Shown piece after piece: positions 43,508-48,138 of a stretch of DNA of 48,138 nt. Made by a program: the position numbers and the translations under genes. This stretch comes from Nitriliruptorales bacterium. GTDB lineage: Bacteria; Actinomycetota; Nitriliruptoria; Nitriliruptorales; JAHWKO01. Within the stretch, counting starts at the first letter, position 1, and each line of letters opens with the position of its first letter. Where the stretch lies: assembly GCA_036260415.1 (NCBI GenBank), contig DASZZX010000032.1:1-48138 (forward strand), read 5' to 3'. The notes under the pieces were generated by a model. The model was given only the letters and a program-made list of their open reading frames with translations. It was not told where the DNA came from and searched no databases.

Positions 43508-43894
43508 GTGGCCCGGGAGGAGACGGCCGTGGCCGAGCATGCTGAGCGGCGGTCACGCACCCTCGAGCTGGAGCTGACCCCCCGCGAGTGGGAGGCGTGG
43601 GATGCGTGTCGGCGCGCCGCGGGCCACGGCGACCTCGCCGGGTGGGTCCGCGAGACGGTCGGCGCGGCCGTTGGGGGCGCAACCGCCGCACCGGGAGCGT
43701 CGGGGGTTGTGGTCCCCGAGCTCAACCAGGCCGCGCACCGAGAGTTGGTACGCCTCAGCAACGACGTCAGCCAGCTCCTGCGCTACCTGCACACGACCGG
43801 GGAGCTGTCCGCCCAGCTTGAGCGCACCCTCGCCGAGGTCCGTCGGGCCGCCGCCGCGGTGATCGGTGAGGCCGGGAGGGCCGGGGGAACGTAG
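43508..43894 (+). CDS. hypothetical protein, MobC/RHH-like by eye (possible mobile-element remnant)
   Basis: Track ORF of 128 aa with a GTG start and a GC3-rich frame. RSRTLELELTPREWEAWDACRRAAGHGDLAGWVRETV followed by LVRLSNDVSQLLRYLHTTGEL resembles the two conserved blocks of MobC-type relaxosome accessory proteins. The functional call has low confidence. Confidence 0.45.
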   Translation: MAREETAVAEHAERRSRTLELELTPREWEAWDACRRAAGHGDLAGWVRETVGAAVGGATAAPGASGVVVPELNQAAHRELVRLSNDVSQLLRYLHTTGELSAQLERTLAEVRRAAAAVIGEAGRAGGT

Positions 43895-44011
43895 GCACGC
43901 TGCCGCGATGGTCGGCGATCGGCGACGCCGGGGAGCCGTCGGCAGCCTGCTCCTCGCCGTCACCCCGCGCGATCGCTGCCCTGCCAGCCCCGTCTGAGGC
44001 CGCTTCCGCGC

Positions 44012-44809
44012 TCAGCCCCGCACGATGCGTGCGAGCGTCGTGGCGGTGACCGCACCACCGTCGAGCAGCTCGGCGGGGCCCTCCAGGACCTTGCTGTCGT
44101 CCAACTCGTCCACGACCAACGCAGCGCCGTCGAAGTCCTGTTCGCGCGTGTAACCGTTCACCACGATCAGGCAGGGGATGCCGGCGGCGCGTGCGGCAGC
44201 CAGGCCGCTGTCGGAGTCCTCGATGGCGACGGTCGCTTCCGCGGGCACATCCAGGGCCTGCAGCGCGAGGTGATAGACCTCCGGATCCGGCTTGCGCTCG
44301 GACACGTCGTCGCCGGTCAGAACCGGATCGAAGCGGTCCGCCCCGAACAGCCGCTCCAGCAGCGGTTCGACCCATGCCCGACTGCCGGTGGTGGTCACAC
44401 ACAACGGCACGCCAGCCGCCTCCAGCTCCTCGATCAGTCGGACCATGCCGGGGCGGGGCGGGATGCGACCGTCTGCCACCAGCTCCTGGAAGTGCTCGGT
44501 CTTGCGGGCGTGCAGTTCGGCAGCCAGCTCGGCAGCCTCGTCCTCCGGGTAGTCGCGGTACTCGCGCAGGTAGTGGTCGAGGCGGTTCTCCCCGCCGCTG
44601 ACCGCCAGCAGGTCCCCGTAGGTCTCCTCGTCCCAGCGGTCGGTCATGTCGAGGTCGGCGAACGCAGTGTTGAACGCCACCCGGTGCCCGTCGCGCTCGC
44701 TGTCCACGAGCGTGCCGTCGACGTCGAAGAGGGCCGCGGCGGGTGGGCGCGGCTCGTCCGGGCTGTCGGTCACGGGATCCCCCTGTCTGCCGGCATCGCA
44801 GTCGATCAT
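44012..44809 (-). CDS. HAD-superfamily hydrolase (CbbY/beta-phosphoglucomutase-like subfamily IA)
   Basis: Frame of track ORF 44012..44860. Motif I ALFDVDGTLVDSE, motif II CVTTTGS, motif III KPDPEVY, motif IV AIEDSDSGLAAA. The start is ATG 44809 or GTG 44773. Confidence 0.85.
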   Translation of the reverse strand: MIDCDAGRQGDPVTDSPDEPRPPAAALFDVDGTLVDSERDGHRVAFNTAFADLDMTDRWDEETYGDLLAVSGGENRLDHYLREYRDYPEDEAAELAAELHARKTEHFQELVADGRIPPRPGMVRLIEELEAAGVPLCVTTTGSRAWVEPLLERLFGADRFDPVLTGDDVSERKPDPEVYHLALQALDVPAEATVAIEDSDSGLAAARAAGIPCLIVVNGYTREQDFDGAALVVDELDDSKVLEGPAELLDGGAVTATTLARIVRG

Positions 44810-44894
44810 CGCAGGGCGGCGGGCGCGCTGCTCGCCGCGCCGGGGCACCTTCCGGCCCATCTCCGAAGCGCGGACGAGATTGGCCTGCCGGTCG

Positions 44895-45082
44895 GATCGT
44901 GCGTGCTGGCGGCCACCGGCGACCGTGGCGACGCACGATGTGCGTGGGCCGGGCGGGTGGATTCGGATCGTGCGTGCCGGCGGTCATCCGTGACCGTGGC
45001 GACGCACGATGTGCGTGGGCCGGGCGGGTGGATCCGGATCGTGCGTGCTGGCGGTCACCGGTGACCGTGGCGACGCACGGTC
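44895..45082. repeat. tandem array (2.6 copies, 71-bp period) of the same 46-bp palindromic element family
   Basis: Copies start at 44895, 44966 and 45037. The core is GATCGTGCGTGC.GGCGG.CA.CGGTGACCGTGGCGACGCACGAT. The linker GTGCGTGGGCCGGGCGGGTGGAT[T/C]CG is also repeated. The array lies between the divergent HAD and ligB starts. Confidence 0.9.
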
Positions 45083-45169
45083 GCCAGAGGCCGGGGCCGT
45101 CGGTTGCACCCTGCGGCCGGCTGCCAGCCTGGCACCCTCCTCATGCTGACCGCCCGTACTCTCGTCGGG

Positions 45170-46696
45170 ATGCTGCTCGTCGAGCTCGTCTCCACCGTCG
45201 AGGAGGTCGCTGCCACTCGCAGCCGCCGCCGGAAGGTCGAGCTGCTCGCAGCCTGCCTACGAGCGATGACGGCGGAGGCGGTCGCGGTAGGCGCATCGTG
45301 GCTGGCCGGCGCCCCGCGTCAGCCCCGGCTCGAGGTCGGCTGGGCGACGCTGCGCGAGGTGTCACCACCGCCCGCCGAGCGCCCCAGCCTGACGCTGCTC
45401 GACGCCGACCGCCGTTTGGAGAACCTCGCCGCGATCCACGGGGTCGGTTCGCGCAGTGCCCGACTCGACGCGCTGACGCAGCTGCTGGGTCGAGGCACCC
45501 CGCCGGAGCAGCGTTTCCTCCGCCAACTGGTGGCCGGCGAGCTGCGCCAGGGCGCGCTGGAGGGGATCGTGACACAGGCGGTCGCGCGAGCCTTCGACGT
45601 CGCCGACCCGGATGTCCGGCGGGCCTTGATGCTGCGCGGTGACCTCGGGGCGGTCGCCGAGACGGCCCGACGCGGAGGGTCCGCGGGGATCCGCGCCATC
45701 CGTCTGACCCTGTTCCAGCCGTTGCAGCCGATGCTCGCCCAGACCGCCGATGACCTGGACGAGGCCCTCGCTGACCTCGGCCCCGCGGCGGTCGAGGCCA
45801 AGCTCGACGGGGCGAGGGTGCAGGCGCACCGGCTCGGCGACGAGGTCCGCGTCTACACGCGCAACCTCCGCGAGGTCACCGACCGGCTCGGGGCCGTCGT
45901 CGAAGCGGTCAGGGGCCTTCCCGCCGGGCGACTCGTGCTCGATGGGGAGGTTCTCGCTCTGCGCCACGACGGCCGCCCGCGCGCCTTCCAGGACACCATG
46001 CGCCGGTTTGGCACCGACCCACTGCCGGAGCGCCTGACGGACCTGACGCTCACGCCCTTCTGGTTCGACGTGTTGCACCTGGACGGCGATGACCTGCTGG
46101 ACCGCCCGTTGGCTGAGCGCACGGCAGCCCTGGAGGAGGCGGTGCCCGAGCCGCGACGGGTTCCCCGCCGAACCGTCGTCAGCCCCGACGACGCACGCGC
46201 CGGCCTCGACGAGGCACTGCGGCGCGGTCACGAAGGCGTGATGCTCAAGGCGTTGGACGCGCCGTACGCGGCGGGGCGGCGTGGTGCCGCGTGGCGCAAG
46301 GTCAAGCCGGTCCACACCCTCGATCTGGTGGTCCTCGCCGCGGAGTGGGGCAGCGGTCGGCGGCGCGGCTGGCTGTCGAACCTGCACCTCGGGGCCCGCG
46401 ATCCCGCCAGCGGCGCCTTCGTGATGCTCGGCAAGACGTTCAAGGGCCTGACCGACGCGCTGTTGCGGTGGCAGACCGAGCGCCTGCTCGAGCTGGAGGT
46501 CGCGCGCGAGGGCCATGTGGTCCACGTCCGCCCGGAGCTGGTGGTCGAGGTCGCGTTCGACGGGGTGCAGGCCAGCTCCCGGTACCCGGGCGGAGTGACC
46601 CTGCGGTTCGCTCGCGTCAAGCGGTACCGCCCTGACCTGAGGGTCGAGGAGGCGGACACCATCGACACGGTCCGGGCTGTCCACGTGCGCCGGTAG
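45170..46696 (+). CDS. ligB: ATP-dependent DNA ligase, LigB type (DNA-binding + adenylation + OB domains)
   Basis: Frame of track ORF 45104..46696 from ATG 45170 (MLLVELVSTVEEVAATRSRRRK). Motifs: KxDG motif EAKLDGARVQAH, DGEVLAL, FWFDVLHLDG, HEGVMLKA, WRKVKPVHTLDLVVLAAEWGSGRRRGWLSNLHLGA, and RFARVKRYRPD. It is collinear with mycobacterial LigB as I remember it. Confidence 0.9.
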   Translation: MLLVELVSTVEEVAATRSRRRKVELLAACLRAMTAEAVAVGASWLAGAPRQPRLEVGWATLREVSPPPAERPSLTLLDADRRLENLAAIHGVGSRSARLDALTQLLGRGTPPEQRFLRQLVAGELRQGALEGIVTQAVARAFDVADPDVRRALMLRGDLGAVAETARRGGSAGIRAIRLTLFQPLQPMLAQTADDLDEALADLGPAAVEAKLDGARVQAHRLGDEVRVYTRNLREVTDRLGAVVEAVRGLPAGRLVLDGEVLALRHDGRPRAFQDTMRRFGTDPLPERLTDLTLTPFWFDVLHLDGDDLLDRPLAERTAALEEAVPEPRRVPRRTVVSPDDARAGLDEALRRGHEGVMLKALDAPYAAGRRGAAWRKVKPVHTLDLVVLAAEWGSGRRRGWLSNLHLGARDPASGAFVMLGKTFKGLTDALLRWQTERLLELEVAREGHVVHVRPELVVEVAFDGVQASSRYPGGVTLRFARVKRYRPDLRVEEADTIDTVRAVHVRR

Positions 46697-46771
46697 GGCC
46701 GGAGCCCGGTCCGTCGCTGGCGGGCCCCAGCTGGTCGCGCCGCTGCTCGCCGTGACCGAGGTGCCGTTCCC

Positions 46772-46817
46772 GATCGTGCGTGCTCGTGGTCACCGGTGAC
46801 CGCAGCGACGCACGATC
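46772..46817. repeat. solo copy of the 46-bp palindromic element
   Basis: GATCGTGCGTGCTCGTGGTCACCGGTGACCGCAGCGACGCACGATC has 10-bp terminal inverted repeats and an inner perfect 14-bp palindrome GGTCACCGGTGACC. It lies 76 nt downstream of the ligB stop. Confidence 0.85.
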
Positions 46818-47195
46818 GAGGGTTGGACGGGGAGGGATGCCCACCGACGCGGGGCGCTTCGCCGACAGCCTGCGTATCGCGGCGTTCCCCGGAGCCGTTC
46901 CCCACCCGGCCATTCCTGCGATCCGCACGTGATGGGTGAATGGTCCGTATACGCCCTGCTCGCACGGATGTAAAGAACCGTCCGCGACGCGCCACCCACA
47001 ATCCGGTATAGACACGGCAGCGCCCGTGCCGCTGCGTGCGCGGAGCGGGCGCAGAACTTGACAGGTTGGGACCTCTCCCACAGTCTCCGTCCGCCTGCGT
47101 CAGCGACCGCACATCGGCGTCGGACGCAGGCGATGGGCCGTGACCGTTCCGGCGGCACGGCGCGCCAATCCGGGGGGATGACCGAAGGGACCAGC

Positions 47196-48104
47196 ATGCC
47201 CCGGCGACCCGCCAGGCTCCCCAGGACCGTCCTCCCGTTCGTGATCGCGCTCGTCGCGTGGGGGGCGCTCGGCCCCGCGGCATCGGCCGGACCGCAGCCC
47301 TTCTCGCTGCGTTTCCTGACGCAGCCGGCGGACGCCGAACAAGGCGCTGTCATCACGAGCGTGCCGTTCGATCCACGACCATCGATCCAGCCCATCCAGG
47401 TGGAGGTTGTCGGCCCCAACGGCACTCGCGCCACCAACTCCACGGCCGAGATCACCATGGAGATCGGCACCGACCCCACGCCGAACTCGAACGGCGTCCT
47501 TTCGGGGACAACGAAGGTCAAGGCGGTGGCCGGGGTGGCCAGCTTCGGGAACCTGAGGATCAGCCCGGACGGCTTCGGCTACCAGCTGAGGGCCCAGAGC
47601 TCCAAGACCGTTCCCGCGCTGTCCAACAGGTTCGACATCTGGGAAGTGGTCGAGGATTGCCAGGCCAACAAGTCGTGCAGAGGTGTCGTCAGCGACTCCG
47701 AGATGAGCGGCGAGGTGAGTGGCACCTCGGCGACGGCTGGGCTGCTGCTGCTTTCGTTGGGGGCGACGGCTGTGAACACGCTGGATTGCGGCGACTCGGC
47801 CAACCACGCGCCAAGCGTGGTGTCGGTCGACTCTCGCGGCTTCACCGGTACGAAGACGGCAACCCTGCGCGTGACCAAAGCGGTCGATCAGCTTCAGGCC
47901 AACAACGGCGTGGTTTTCTACCAGGTCTGCTACGAGTCGGACAACTCGTTCGAGGACCGCAACGGCAACCTGGTCACCACGGGCCTGCTCCCCGACTGTG
48001 ACAAACAGCCGCAGCCGCCCTGCGTGCAGTCGAAGAACAAGACCAACGCGGGCGACGTCCTGATTACGTTGCTCCTGCCCGCCGCGGACCCGAGGTTCCG
48101 CTGA
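47196..48104 (+). CDS. secreted hypothetical protein with N-terminal Ig-like (beta-sandwich) domain and Cys-rich C-terminal half
   Basis: Frame of track ORF 47058..48104 from ATG 47196. The signal peptide is MPRRPARLPRTVLPFVIALVAWGALGPAASAG. The segment LRFLTQPADAEQGAVITSVPF...VEVVGPNGTRATNSTAEITMEI......LSGTTKVKAVAGVASFGNLRISPDGFGYQLRA follows the common bacterial Ig-like repeat pattern. An alternative start is ATG 47178. Confidence 0.7.
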   Translation: MPRRPARLPRTVLPFVIALVAWGALGPAASAGPQPFSLRFLTQPADAEQGAVITSVPFDPRPSIQPIQVEVVGPNGTRATNSTAEITMEIGTDPTPNSNGVLSGTTKVKAVAGVASFGNLRISPDGFGYQLRAQSSKTVPALSNRFDIWEVVEDCQANKSCRGVVSDSEMSGEVSGTSATAGLLLLSLGATAVNTLDCGDSANHAPSVVSVDSRGFTGTKTATLRVTKAVDQLQANNGVVFYQVCYESDNSFEDRNGNLVTTGLLPDCDKQPQPPCVQSKNKTNAGDVLITLLLPAADPRFR

Positions 48105-48138
48105 CGGCACAGCGGCTCCTTCGCTGCCGCTCAGCGCC

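Noticed and set aside
46820-46950. Fragments resembling c-di-AMP (ydaO-type) riboswitch blocks: ACGGGGAGGGAUGCC, CCGACAGC and GGGUGAAU.
   Set aside because: The blocks are in the wrong order relative to the motif as I remember it. They lie more than 250 nt upstream of the nearest start and upstream of the only promoter-like hexamer, and I cannot build the pseudo-symmetric fold by eye. An Infernal scan is needed before any claim.

Overview
Very GC-rich, actinobacterial-style chromosomal segment. This is inferred from codon bias, frequent GTG starts and 4-nt GTGA/ATGA gene overlaps. It holds about 50 protein genes and one tRNA-Gly(GCC). All functional calls are by-eye motif recognition; no database search was run.

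Gene order, left to right:
- dut, a tandem-DUF427 gene, an AhpD-like gene and tRNA-Gly.
- A minus-strand operon: two polytopic membrane proteins, a signal-peptide/hydrophobic protein with a short basic C-terminal module, and an acidic partner (toxin/immunity-like layout).
- A patch of decayed genes (SnoaL-like with 2 frameshifts, cupin-adenylate cyclase with about 4) mixed with intact scramblase-family and SAM-methyltransferase genes.
- An ICL/PEP-mutase family gene.
- A hydrogenase endopeptidase gene facing a tightly coupled operon: [NiFe]-hydrogenase small and large subunits, then a PAS-GAF histidine kinase, then a receiver-only response regulator.
- prs, hutI-hutF-hutU, a 3'-truncated yceI, and csoR-copA.
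- A lower-GC patch (serine-protease remnant, cupin, GNAT).
- A 7-gene Wsp-like chemosensory operon ending in a REC-PAS-HK-REC hybrid kinase.
- A fur-family regulator and a metal ABC importer with a pair of 7-1-7 palindromes.
- An SQR-like flavoprotein, a MobC-like orphan, a HAD hydrolase, ligB and a secreted Ig-like protein.

My top candidate for an undescribed system is the hydrogenase-kinase-regulator operon: a cytoplasmic, H2-sensor-like hydrogenase with atypical motifs.

A 46-bp palindromic REP/MITE-like element occurs 7 times at three loci, and one array replaces the 3' half of yceI. I saw no CRISPR array, rRNA, transposase or integrase.
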